Source: Eledone cirrhosa (lineage: Eukaryota). From it: DNA of 64,000 nt. The notes beneath the pieces were generated by a model. It was not told the DNA's origin. It ran no database searches and saw nothing but the letters and a program-made list of their open reading frames with translations. Where the stretch lies: contig OZ024746.1 in assembly GCA_964016885.1 (NCBI GenBank), positions 58,900,001 through 58,964,000 of the forward strand, in the 5' to 3' direction. Shown here piece by piece: positions 41,518 to 55,830 of this stretch (position 1 is the first letter of the stretch; each line of letters begins with the position of its first letter). The position numbers and the translations under genes are program-made.

Positions 41518-41723
41518 ATCATCATCATCATCATTTACGTCTGTTTTCCATGCTTGCAAGGGTGCGACGTGTCCTATTCACCACAGCATCTCTCCATTCG
41601 TCACTGTTTATCATCATCTCCACCGCCAGCTTCAGCGATCTGAAGTCAGCTTTCCCCACCTCCACCCATCGTTTTCGTGGTCTTCCTCTACTGCGTCTTC
41701 CTTCTACTAGGATTTCTTGGCAT
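41518..41723 (-). mobile_element. RTE-type LINE 3' end inserted into a SINE (head 41480-41512, body 41724-41820)
   Basis: Minus strand reads EGRRSRGRPRKRWVE...EWR with an (ATG)n tail. Confidence 0.75.
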
Positions 41724-42458
41724 TAATTCCGGCTCTGTTTTCTGAGTTCAAATCCCGCCGAGGTTAACTTTGCCTTTCATCATTTCCTGCTTGATATAAA
41801 AAGTACCAGTCTAGTACTGCCGTTGATTCGTCCTCTTTATCACTTTCTCATTTTGTCTTTCTTTCACTTTCTATATTTCTCTGGAAGAAATCTGCTGTAC
41901 TCAGGCCTGGAGAGAGATGGGCTCCGCCAGGCTTAAAATTCCCAGGAAACGCCGTATTTCAATACGGTGCCCCTACGATTCTATCAGGAGTTATGGGACC
42001 ATACAATTGATGTGTGGGATTGTCGTTTTACCTTACTTAATTTTGGTATTTTTGCTATGTTGTGTTTGATTATTTAAATGTGTACGTGTGTGAAAATACG
42101 TGGCTTAGGGTCTTCGACTCATGATCGTAAGTCCCAGCGTTCGATTCTCGGTGACACGCTGTGTCCTTAAGCAGGACACTTTCTTTCCCATTTCTGTCAT
42201 CCGAGTGCATACAAATTCCATAAAAACGACCCCAGCCCCTGAACTCGTATTTCATATATCTATCCACGAAAGAACGAATGGGGAGCGTTGACCGTGGCCC
42301 GATTTGAACACAGAGAACAGAGAACTATAACGAATACCGAGTGATATAATCCGATGCTTCAAAATCTCTGCCAGATCATGAAGACACCAATCCAAATAGC
42401 TTATTAAAGAAACCGTTATCATTTTTCTAATGAAAGACTATTGAGGGATCTCGTAATA

Positions 42459-42820
42459 TAATTGTTTCTATTTTAGGCACAAGGCCGCAAATACCCAGTA
42501 CATTACTGGTACTTTATTTTATCGACCCCGTAAGGATGAAAGGCAAAGTTAACCCCGGCGGGATTTGAACTCAGAATGGCAAGGGCCGTAACTCTATGCG
42601 TCAAAGCATGGTGTCCGACTCTCTACTGATACTGCCAATCCACCGCCCTCGTAATATAATAATATTCCTTTGTATTAGGTTGGTACTTGGAGCATTATTT
42701 ATCAACATTCAAATCCCGCGGAGGTTAACTTTGCCTTTCATCCTTAAGAGGTCGATAAAATAAAGCATTAGCAATGCACTGGGATAATTGCTGGCCTTGT
42801 GCCAAATGTAGAAATAATTA
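42459..42820. mobile_element. Two main-family SINEs (42459-42648 -, 42706-42820 +)
   Basis: Consensus match. The first copy is flanked by TCGTAATATAAT repeats. Confidence 0.85.
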
Positions 42821-44335
42821 TTTAACAATGATAATGGCATAAACTTATAATAAAATGTTTTGGGGTAAATATAAACATTAAAACAGCTTTGTATCGTAGA
42901 ACGAATGATGGTTGTAGGCAGTTTCTTATCTGATGCTCTGACGCCTCTGCCAATTTGTGAAATCCATATAGCTTCATGTAAGAAACGGAGAGATGAAGCT
43001 GTTCTCTTAATCTCGTCGAGTTGTTTCACGTATAACATGTTTTCCCTAACAAATGATAACTTGTATCAGTTCCAAAGCAGAGTACAGTTTTTCCACCTCT
43101 ATAAAACTAAACCCATCTATAAAATTGTTTTGCTTTTTATTTTATCATTTTAAAGATACATCGTTATTAAACATCGTTTCCTAACATATAAAACCCATCT
43201 AAGCGTGCATAAATGACAATAAATCTTAGCGAATACATAATTAAAAATATAATATTATCCTACATAAAATTGGATTGTTATAAATATGAAAATTTATATT
43301 AAAAATACAAAGAAACATATACTAAATATAATGAATAAAAACAATAAGGAGAGTGAAGATAAAACAACACAAAAATACAACAAACTCATTTCACGGCCAT
43401 ATAATTTTTACTTGATAGCTTGAAATTATTTCTTTTGAAAAAGAACCATAATATCTAGAGTGGTTAAGTGACTACCAAATTCTACTATATAATGTACTGA
43501 ATTTATCAGTGATTTCTTTATAATTAAAAGTCCTACATTCTACTAACATATATGTATATTGTTACTTTGTTCTTCATATTGACATAAAGGAAAAACATAT
43601 TCGCAGACTCAGACGCCTATATTTCATCACAGTTAAATGAAGACAAGTGCAAGTACGTACTTACATACATACATGATGGCTGCAAACTCTGCTAAGAGTA
43701 CTGCTATCGCTTGTCAGAGTTTGGTGCAGTTTTAGGCTACGGTCAGCCACACGAACCTGTAACATATCCTGAACAAGCAATGCCTGTGCTTTGAAGGTTT
43801 TTAAATACATACATACACGCATACATACATACACGCATACATACATGGGGATTGAAGCGTCTTGACAAGTGATTGCCGTCTCTTATTGAATCTTCGTTAT
43901 CATCCCATCCGCGACCATGACTTTGTAGATGACTTTGTGGACCAGCTGTACATCTACATGGTTTACGGTACAGGTAACAGAAGAGGGTTGTGATTTCTAT
44001 ATGACCGGTGGGGACACCCTGTGGCACATATCTTTATGCATCACCATGTGTTTTTTTTAGTCCAAAACTAGTTCTACACACTTTGCTGAATATCACGCAC
44101 GTTGCTTCGCCAGGTTTTGTTGAGTGGTGTTGCAGGTGGTTATCTTTTCATGTGACTTCAGTTGATTAACATAACCAGCCTTTGAGAGGAGGAGTACATG
44201 CTATACATACATTACTGAAACAGTTAATTCGACCCCGATCTTCTTTAGTCAAAGGAATTGGTGTGCGAAAGTACGACGGGGCCCCCGGGCTGGACCACTA
44301 CATATAAATAGTAGCGTCCTGAGTAAGTGGGCAAC

Positions 44336-44452
44336 TTGGTACTAATTCCACAGTTCGTGTGTTGATTGTCGAAGTTGGTACTAATTCCACAGTTCGTGCA
44401 TTAATTGTCGAAGTTGATACTAGTTCCACAGTCCGTGTGTTGATAGTCAAAG
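44336..44452. repeat. 39-bp minisatellite x3
   Basis: TTGGTACTAATTCCACAGTTCGTGTGTTGATTGTCGAAG repeated. Confidence 0.75.
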
Positions 44453-45240
44453 ATGGAGTTCAAGCTCACAGTTCGAGTTAGTGTGTTCGAGTTGTTGGTT
44501 CTTAAAGGATTGTTATTCACTTACGTGTGGTTATTGCCGTTTATTTCGATTATATTGTTATTACACTGTTGCAGTGTATTCGTTTATCCATAAGTACATA
44601 ACAGGAACCCTAGTGCAGTTAACATTAATTCAGCACAAAGAATTGACATGTCCTTAATCCCTATGGAGGCCCTAATAATAAACTTAGTCAGCTTAAACCT
44701 AGCGGGCTTAATCCCTATTATATTTACGTGATATATTTAATGTTATTTATTCCCATTAAATGTGGCAGACCACATTATTTTAAAAGAACGGCTGAGAACA
44801 GTTTTTTCCTCAGTATTAGCCTTGGCAGGTCGATACATTATGGAAGAAATAACCTTACAATATAAGCTGGCGAGAGGAAATCTATAAAGTGTTTTTAAAA
44901 GTATAATTTATATTGTGATACCAAATAGGTTAGCAATTTTGGTAAAGCATAGTTAAAGATTAACTAACGAAAGATCCTCTACAACGATGGTTCTTCAACT
45001 GCTTGCCGCGATCTTTAAGATTATCATGCATATTTTGATACCAAGATGGCCACGGTTCTGTCATACAAATCTACGTTTTCTAAGTGTTTATATTTATTTT
45101 AAAACCATCCATTATACTTCTATCTATGTACTTTACATTTTCTCTAAATACCAGATTATTTAGTATATATTACAAAATCCCTCCTAATTCTTCATTATGT
45201 TACACATTGTTTGAAATCCACTCCCACAAACACATACAGC

Positions 45241-45393
<153 letters not shown>

Positions 45394-46064
45394 TGTGTGG
45401 GTGTGGGTGTGTGTGTGTGTGTATGGCGAAATACATTTTACATGCATACTAACAGACAGACATAAATGTGCATGAATGCGCATGTGTGTATAAGGTAGTG
45501 CTTACATATATATAGAGGTTAGCGACATCTATTTCATTCAAATCAAATCTCTACAATTATGCATATATTAACCTTAGGTCCCTTTTTGAATTTTTCATGA
45601 CCTTCAATCTAACTTCGCCCTCAAATACTTCTACGATATTTTTAACAGCTTCTTGCTTTCTCAATTTAAATTAGGTAATTTAATTGTCTGACAAAACCAC
45701 GTTCCATGCGATAGAAGCGCTCCTTATGAAGTTGATTCGGCGGACATTTTGCTAAACGTGATATACATACATATGAACTTTCAAACACGTATATGTTTAA
45801 TTTTTTTTCCCGTATAGTAGAAAGGTTTTTTTTACATACATTTCTGTTTTCCTATAACTATCGGTATATCTCTCTTATTCAGTTTCAATGTATCTCTATA
45901 TCATTTATATATATCTATATATCCCTGTCTATCTATGTATCTATCTTCATTTGTGTGAGGAATCTCATTTTGGTACAGGACAGATGTTTTTTTTTTTGTT
46001 TTATTTATGACAACGAAAACAATGTCACCAGTATAAAAAAAAACAGTAATAGTCACAGTGGCAA

Positions 46065-46189
<125 letters not shown>

Positions 46190-46564
46190 TGTCTTTGTCT
46201 GTGTCTGTATCTGTGTCTGTGTGTCTTTGTCTGTGCCTGTGTGTATTTGAATATATGTTAGCTTAAAGTTAACAACATCAGCGCTCAATTTTGACTATGA
46301 AAAATAATCTAACAAATTTATAAATCTCTGGAGATGGAATATAGTGGAGAGCCTCGCCCACTTTTTTCAATCTCCAGCTGTTTATTATATGCCCAACTTG
46401 TTTGATAATTATATATATATAGGAAAAGAGTCAGGATCTAGGTGTCGAAACGGTTGCAGCTCAGCCGTGGGGTCCTGACTATTTTCCTATTACACACTCT
46501 ACTACATTAAGTATCGAGTGCTCTGGTGCGTTATGGTCCACCTGGTTTCTTTCCACTCTTTCTT

Positions 46565-46596
<32 letters not shown>

Positions 46597-47309
46597 TAGG
46601 GCTTGCAATTGTGCGATTGTGAGTTCGATTATCAGACCGGGTGATACGTTGTGTCCTTGAGCAAGACACTTTATTTCACGTTGCTCCAGTTTTCACTCAC
46701 CTGTAGAAATGAGCTGTGACGTCACTGGTGCCACACTGTATCGGCTTTTACTTTCCCTTGGACAACACCGATGGCACGGAAGGAAGAGACAGTTATGAAT
46801 AGCAGACCGCTGTGTCTTCCACAATCAATCTTTACCCAGGCTTGAAAACTTTCTAGGGGCAAATCCATGGAGAGAGATATGGGGGGGGGGGGGGGGGAGA
46901 TGGGGATTAAACAGAAGAATGGTAAAAGTTAATGGAATAAAATCAAAAGTGGATAATTAGTATAAAAAATAAGACATATGGTTGACAAATATTCGCACAA
47001 AAATATGAATGTGTCAAATATAAAAATATTTAGACCGAATACCAAGAGAGAAAAAAGCTAATGTTTTATGTGGAAGACACCCAAAATATAATGAAAAGTG
47101 TAGGAACGGTATCAAGTTGAATTATGATATGTTTAGAGTGCTTGAAAATGCTACATCGTGTGGTCTGACGCTGATGTGTCTACTTTGTACTCCTGAAGTA
47201 GGGCTTAAGTCCCACACGTCTTACTTGCTTTCCTCTTTCCAATATAAAGCGTAAAACTAATAAGACTTTTTGTCTCCTTGAACAATATATATTTATATAT
47301 ATATATACA

Positions 47310-47399
<90 letters not shown>

Positions 47400-47610
47400 T
47401 GCATATGTGAGAGTGCGTGTATGCTTGCGTATATATTTGTGTGTACCCACACGTCTGTTTATGTCTATATATATATACTGTATATACACAGATGTAAACA
47501 TATATATATATATACACACACACACATATATATATACATATATATATATACATATATATATACATATATATATGTATATATATATGTATATATATATGTA
47601 TATATATATA

Positions 47611-47680
<70 letters not shown>

Positions 47681-47687
47681 CACACAT

Positions 47688-47779
<92 letters not shown>

Positions 47780-48016
47780 GAAACACACAGATACATGCGG
47801 ACACACACATATATATATATACATGAATGCATCCGCACGCAACTGTAAGTTAAGGGTGCCAACTTCACCGATGTTGCTCAATGAATGACTGGGATAGACC
47901 AATTCAGTTTGAACTAGACTGAACCAGTATCAGAGTTAAAAATACATTATGAAGAGAGAAGAAACATTTAGATATAATTAGTAATAAAATGTATCATACC
48001 TAAACTGTTCCTAAAT

Positions 48017-48104
48017 TCCTCGACTACGTAGTTTCGTGGCATAAACAAAAACAATATATCAAAGATATAGAGTCCTTGCGAGGTCTGCCGACTTATCAAG
48101 AGGA
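48017..48104 (-). ncRNA. Decayed HHR with long stem II
   Basis: TCCTC-TTGATAA(mutated core)-GTCGGCA...TGCCAC-GAAAC TACGTA GTC|GAGGA. Confidence 0.55.
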
Positions 48105-48323
48105 TACCTCATTTTACTAGTCTCAAGAACGCGTCTACACGACGTGAGAAAGAATCCCAAAAGGCGGAGGGGGAGATAGTCACGCGATATAACGGTCGAG
48201 AAACAGAGCTAAGCCTCCTATAACCACGAAGAAAATACCACGGAGGCGGAGGGGGTATTCATATCGAGGCCGTAGAAGAGGTAGTGAAGAAGGCGAGAAG
48301 TATGAGTAATGGAAGCTTTCCAG

Positions 48324-48361
<38 letters not shown>

Positions 48362-48896
48362 GTGAGTCTATAATCTTCCTATATATATGCATTATTAAAC
48401 ATTTAAATAGATCAATAAAAATGGTATATTTCTCACTTATTTTTTATTTATTTTTATCATCGGTGTCTTTGACCTCGACGCCATAGGTGAAAGACGTAAT
48501 TTTATAGGAGGGACAAGGATGGATGATTCCAAAACAGAAACTGTCACCCTTATTTGACACGACTAAATCACTAACTATTTATCAATCATTCTCACAGTCA
48601 CTGTAGAGGAAAGATAAACACACAAACACACAAACCCTCACATACACGCAGGTACTCACGCACATATAAACCGAAACACTAGTAAAAAGAAACGCTAGTA
48701 AAAAGATATACTCATATATATATATATATATATATATATTGGAATAAATGCTCTGAAATAGCGATATATATGTGAATATAGACATAGAATATTCGAAAAT
48801 ATTCTGTATGTTTAAAATAAACATTTTGAAGACCTAATCGCTATAGAATAGAATACGTCACGTATTACAATTAGATTCTCGATAAAAGCAAGGGAA

Positions 48897-48939
48897 GTAA
48901 TCTACGCGTTTCATTCTCGTTAGAAATCATCAGGACTAC
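48897..48939 (-). ncRNA. Type I hammerhead ribozyme (also at 49207, 49517, 49827)
   Basis: Exact reverse complement of the 50151 motif, in the left arm of the array. Confidence 0.88.
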
Positions 48940-50150
48940 ATATCCAGTGCTTTTATCGAGAATGACACAGCTAGAGACTTATAGAATACTTAGCTGTGTA
49001 CAGGAACTGGTTTGAAAGAGCGGTTGCCGGTCCGGCAGAAATTAGAAATTGGAATAAATGCTCTGAAATAGCGATATATATGTGAATATAGACATAGAAT
49101 ATTCGAAAATATTCTGTATGTTTAAAATAAACATTTTGAAGACCTAATCGCTATAGAATAGAATACGTCACGTATTACAATTAGATTCTCGATAAAAGCA
49201 AGGGAAGTAATCTACGCGTTTCATTCTCGTTAGAAATCATCAGGACTACATATCCAGTGCTTTTATCGAGAATGACACAGCTAGAGACTTATAGAATACT
49301 TAGCTGTGTACAGGAACTGGTTTGAAAGAGCGGTTGCCGGTCCGGCAGAAATTAGAAATTGGAATAAATGCTCTGAAATAGCGATATATATGTGAATATA
49401 GACATAGAATATTCGAAAATATTCTGTATGTTTAAAATAAACATTTTGAAGACCTAATCGCTATAGAATAGAATACGTCACGTATTACAATTAGATTCTC
49501 GATAAAAGCAAGGGAAGTAATCTACGCGTTTCATTCTCGTTAGAAATCATCAGGACTACATATCCAGTGCTTTTATCGAGAATGACACAGCTAGAGACTT
49601 ATAGAATACTTAGCTGTGTACAGGAACTGGTTTGAAAGAGCGGTTGCCGGTCCGGCAGAAATTAGAAATTGGAATAAATGCTCTGAAATAGCGATATATA
49701 TGTGAATATAGACATAGAATATTCGAAAATATTCTGTATGTTTAAAATAAACATTTTGAAGACCTAATCGCTATAGAATAGAATACGTCACGTATTACAA
49801 TTAGATTCTCGATAAAAGCAAGGGAAGTAATCTACGCGTTTCATTCTCGTTAGAAATCATCAGGACTACATATCCAGTGCTTTTATCGAGAATGACACAG
49901 CTAGAGACTTATAGAATACTTAGCTGTGTACAGGAACTGGTTTGAAAGAGCGGTTGCCGGTCCGGCAGAAATTAGAAATTGGAATAAATGCTCTGAAATA
50001 GCGATATATATGTGAATATAGACATAGAATATTTATTCCAATTTCTAATTTCTGCCGGACCGGCAACCGCTCTTTCAAACCAGTTCCTGTACACAGCTAA
50101 GTATTCTATAAGTCTCTAGCTGTGTCATTCTCGATAAAAGCACTGGATAT

Positions 50151-50193
50151 GTAGTCCTGATGATTTCTAACGAGAATGAAACGCGTAGATTAC
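50151..50193 (+). ncRNA. Type I hammerhead ribozyme (also at 50461, 50771, 51081, 51391)
   Basis: GTAGTC-CTGATGA-T TTCT AACG AGAA T-GAAA-CGCG-TA|GATTAC: stem I GUAGUC/GAUUAC, palindromic stem III ACGCGT, GUA cleavage triplet. Distal stem I extension ATTCTCGATAAAAGCA/TGCTTTTATCGAGAAT. Confidence 0.88.
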
Positions 50194-52149
50194 TTCCCTT
50201 GCTTTTATCGAGAATCTAATTGTAATACGTGACGTATTCTATTCTATAGCGATTAGGTCTTCAAAATGTTTATTTTAAACATACAGAATATTTTCGAATA
50301 TTCTATGTCTATATTCACATATATATCGCTATTTCAGAGCATTTATTCCAATTTCTAATTTCTGCCGGACCGGCAACCGCTCTTTCAAACCAGTTCCTGT
50401 ACACAGCTAAGTATTCTATAAGTCTCTAGCTGTGTCATTCTCGATAAAAGCACTGGATATGTAGTCCTGATGATTTCTAACGAGAATGAAACGCGTAGAT
50501 TACTTCCCTTGCTTTTATCGAGAATCTAATTGTAATACGTGACGTATTCTATTCTATAGCGATTAGGTCTTCAAAATGTTTATTTTAAACATACAGAATA
50601 TTTTCGAATATTCTATGTCTATATTCACATATATATCGCTATTTCAGAGCATTTATTCCAATTTCTAATTTCTGCCGGACCGGCAACCGCTCTTTCAAAC
50701 CAGTTCCTGTACACAGCTAAGTATTCTATAAGTCTCTAGCTGTGTCATTCTCGATAAAAGCACTGGATATGTAGTCCTGATGATTTCTAACGAGAATGAA
50801 ACGCGTAGATTACTTCCCTTGCTTTTATCGAGAATCTAATTGTAATACGTGACGTATTCTATTCTATAGCGATTAGGTCTTCAAAATGTTTATTTTAAAC
50901 ATACAGAATATTTTCGAATATTCTATGTCTATATTCACATATATATCGCTATTTCAGAGCATTTATTCCAATTTCTAATTTCTGCCGGACCGGCAACCGC
51001 TCTTTCAAACCAGTTCCTGTACACAGCTAAGTATTCTATAAGTCTCTAGCTGTGTCATTCTCGATAAAAGCACTGGATATGTAGTCCTGATGATTTCTAA
51101 CGAGAATGAAACGCGTAGATTACTTCCCTTGCTTTTATCGAGAATCTAATTGTAATACGTGACGTATTCTATTCTATAGCGATTAGGTCTTCAAAATGTT
51201 TATTTTAAACATACAGAATATTTTCGAATATTCTATGTCTATATTCACATATATATCGCTATTTCAGAGCATTTATTCCAATTTCTAATTTCTGCCGGAC
51301 CGGCAACCGCTCTTTCAAACCAGTTCCTGTACACAGCTAAGTATTCTATAAGTCTCTAGCTGTGTCATTCTCGATAAAAGCACTGGATATGTAGTCCTGA
51401 TGATTTCTAACGAGAATGAAACGCGTAGATTACTTCCCTTGCTTTTATCGAGAATCTAATTGTAATACGTGACGTATTCTATTCTATAGCGATTAGGTCT
51501 TCAAAATGTTTATTTTAAACATACAGAATATTTTCGAATATTCTATGTCTATATTCATATATATATATATATATTCACACATATATGTATATATATATAG
51601 ATATAGATATAGATATGGATATATATATAGATATATATATGTGTTGTGTATTTGTGTGTGTGTGTATATATATATATGTATATACATATATATATATATA
51701 TACATGTATATATATATACATATATATATATATACACATATATATGTACATATATATATATGTATATATATGTATATATATATATGTGTGTATGACTATA
51801 TTTATAAATATTTATATATGCATGCATACATACTTATATATATCCATTCATACATATATACATACACATATGTTTACAAATATAAAGGTATATTTGTATG
51901 AATGTATGTACGTATTTATTTATGTATGTATATGTGTAAGTACGTATGTATTTATGTATGTGTGCATGTATTATGTATATATATATGTATGTGTGAATAT
52001 ATAAATAATTCACTTAAAACCATTTGGTACGCAAAATACGTTGTGATATTTCAAACAGAAGTTGTACTTACCTTTCAAATCTTTCTAATCATTATACTTA
52101 TGCAGTCAATGCTATCGTTATACTCTCTATATATAGGGTAAACACGTGG

Positions 52150-52535
52150 GGTAGTCACTCTCTTTGCATTGGAACCCGCTGGCCGGCTGAGAACAAAATA
52201 TCTGTTGACGAAATGGCAGCCTTTTTCAATCGTTATACCGAAAGCTTATAAAGAAAGCAGGCAGTATAATTAATTTAGTGGTCACAGAAACCTCCCACTG
52301 GATTCTACAAACAATTTCCTGGAGATCCATGTAAATTCTTTTGTTAACCTGTTTAGCTTGATTCATTTTTTCGGCTCCGGTGGTTGATGGCTTCGCGACC
52401 ACCGTGGTCATTTTGTCTGGCCTCTATAAAGTATGTTAAATGCTCTGGTCTTCTTTAAGTCCATTGAGCGCTTGCCGCTTATCTCGAAGATTGAATTTCG
52501 CTTTGTTTTTGGCCACCGCCGAAATACGATCTCGC
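52150..52535 (-). pseudogene. Decayed Penelope-like RT N-terminal fragment
   Basis: Peptide NLRDKRQALNGLKEDQSI...DK..TTVV resembles PLE 'AL..LK.D..I.I.PADKG..VV'. Confidence 0.45.
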
Positions 52536-52537
52536 TG

Positions 52538-52950
<413 letters not shown>

Positions 52951-52970
52951 ACACGTAAATGAGTAAAAGA

Positions 52971-53018
<48 letters not shown>

Positions 53019-53449
53019 TTAATATAAATAAATATATATTTAATATAAATATTTATATATTTAACTCTATCTATCTATATCTGTCTATCTATCCCTTCTT
53101 ATTTTACTTATCCACACACTCTCTGACTCACACGGAGGGAGATGGCGGAGAGATTTCATCATAACTGTGAAGGCAGGGAAGTGACTCGAGAGCCAAGGGT
53201 TTATCAAACTCACACCCACCCATACACACACATACACGCACATACAGATACACACTCAAATGTATATATGTATAATGAGGTAAATATCTCTCTGAGTACT
53301 AAGTACCCATAGAGATATATAGTGTGTCTATAATATAAGTGGTGTTCAATGGTACTAATTCGAGATGCCAGAACTATAAAAATTAAGAAGAGCAGAACAA
53401 CAAATGTTTTTTCTGCTCTTCTTAATTTATAAATATATATATATATAAA

Positions 53450-53992
53450 TATAATATATAAGAACAAAAGATGGTTAAAAGAGTTCCATGTATTTTATTA
53501 TGCGCATTTCAAAAACAAATATCATCATGCAATAATATTTGTGTTTTCATCAGATAAAACAGGAAGACATGATATGAAGGTTAAAAAACACTTGTGGATG
53601 GTTCAGTTTTAAATCAACATATGAGAAGTAGTTTTAGATTGATGTGTGATATTGGGAAAAATATTTTATTTAGAGGGGGGGGGTGAAAAAGAGGAGGAGA
53701 TGAGAGTAAAAAGTGGAGAGGGAGGAGTATAATGAGGAAGGATGAGATAGGAGGAGAGATGGGTGATAGAGAGAGAGAGATAGCTTTTATAACTGAGAAA
53801 GATATATTGTTTTACATAGAGAGGTTGAAAACCGTTGGAAGATAATGTATAAATTAAAAGAATTTGAAAATTAACGAAGAGAAAAAACTAATGTAAAGTT
53901 AAGGTTTGTATATTGAGGGGTTTGATAATATGTGCTTCTTATCCGATATCTGCATTGCTTTATTGTACTACAATAAAACTCACCTCCTACAT
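53450..53992. mobile_element. Second family H copy with inverted tail
   Basis: 53450-53935 matches 26435-26925. HHR (-) 53492-53559 has palindromic stem III ATGCGCAT. 53937-53990 is the reverse complement of 26352-26404. Confidence 0.85.
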
Positions 53993-54074
<82 letters not shown>

Positions 54075-54079
<5 letters not shown>

Positions 54080-54342
54080 GTTTGAATTTGTAAAGCCAAA
54101 ACAATGCAGGTATGGACATAGAATAAAAATGCAAATGCAAAAGATATTGTTGACAATTAGTCTTTTACCTTAGATTTATTTAAATGTCCTTAATTTTCGA
54201 GATATCTCTTCTTCGGAGGGAAGTAAACCGGTTAAACCATTGTTCTAAATAGCTTGCCAAGTCAAAATTCAAAATTCAAAATTCAAAATTCAAACGTTTA
54301 TACCTCATTACACAATGCTTCAAGTGAACTATAACTTCCTCC

Positions 54343-54345
<3 letters not shown>
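54075..54345. mobile_element. PLE-type terminus (family I) with variant HHR; fold-back relative at 55826-56192
   Basis: Minus strand 54188-54219 reads CCT-CCGAAGA-A GAGA TA TCTC-GAAA AT TA|AGG. Shared arm (AAGCC...ACAATGCAGG) and tail (ATGCTTCAAGT-AAC). Confidence 0.6.
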
Positions 54346-54431
<86 letters not shown>

Positions 54432-54634
54432 TTTAATCGGCCGGGGTACCGAAAACGGTAAACGGAAAAAATGAAACGAAATTTCATTTCTCACTCTTAG
54501 TACGGCTGTTACTTAAATATAAGTATAACCCCGGCCGATTAACTCACTTGATATGCAAATTAGGCTGCTCAACCGTTAATATGCATGAGGAAAGTATATA
54601 CTTTCAGACGTTCAATCATCTGGCAGGAAGGTAT

Positions 54635-54677
54635 ACGTTGCTGACGATAGCTAATAAGTTTGAAACTAGTACAGCGT
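54635..54677 (+). ncRNA. Minimal type I HHR inside an element with inverted repeats (about 54428-54940)
   Basis: ACGTTG-CTGACGA-T AGCT AATA AGTT T-GAAAC TA GTA|CAGCGT, with palindromic stem III ACTAGT. Confidence 0.8.
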
Positions 54678-54975
54678 TCCTTTGTCAGTGTTGAACAAAT
54701 GAGCAACGATGGTTGTTAGACACTGTACGGCTTAATTCGGGATGTTTGTTTACAAACACACCGAGAATTATAATACATTTTCGGTGAATCCATACGTACA
54801 TATATATATGTGGGCTTGTATGTATGTATATATACATACTACTGTACGTCTGTATACATATATGTATGTACGTATACATACTTATATTTAAGTAACAGCC
54901 GTAGTGAGAAATGATATTTCGTTTCATTTTTTCCGTTTCTATATGTATGTATATATATATATGTATATATATATA

Positions 54976-55140
<165 letters not shown>

Positions 55141-55169
55141 TCGTAAATATATAGATAGATAGATATATC

Positions 55170-55242
<73 letters not shown>

Positions 55243-55696
55243 GTGGGTAGGTAGATATTTACATAGACATATGCATATATACTCATCCATATGCATTTGT
55301 CAATAAATATGTATATTGCTAGTCCTTTTCTCCACAATCATTTTTCATCTCTCCCTTCACACTACCAACATCACTATATTGAATGCAATCTACTAAGCCG
55401 TACCCCAAACTTCATGCCTGGGGGATAAAAGTCACCGTTACCTAAACTATGTCAGTAATGTTATAATAGTATTTCTTCAGATATATGCAACAACCTCAGG
55501 CAAATAAGACATACGCACTAGCTAAGTATATTCATATGTATGTGCGTATGACAAACACACGCAGGGAATATTACTCTCTCTCCCACTCTCTCTCTCTTCC
55601 CCTCACTTTCATAGATCCACAGAAGACAGCCGATATCTTTGTGTTTTTGCCTTCCGTGTTGTCACTCACGTGTTTTCTTAATTATGTATATATATA

Positions 55697-55830
<134 letters not shown>

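Larger units (their letters stand above)
48739..51557. repeat. Palindromic tandem array of a 310-bp hammerhead-containing unit (retrozyme-like)
   Basis: Unit start TTGGAATAAATG recurs at 48739, 49049, 49359, 49669, 49979. The reverse-complement unit (ATTTATTCCAA) recurs at 50031, 50341, 50651, 50961, 51271. Copies appear identical by eye, and the array is flanked by (TA)n. Confidence 0.95.

Noticed and set aside
44199-44773. Solo LTR
   Set aside because: TATAAATA and a minisatellite are present, but no clear TG...CA ends with TSD could be fixed.
48739-51557. CRISPR array or rDNA/5S repeat
   Set aside because: Units are identical with no spacers, no rRNA motif is recognised, and the context is eukaryotic.
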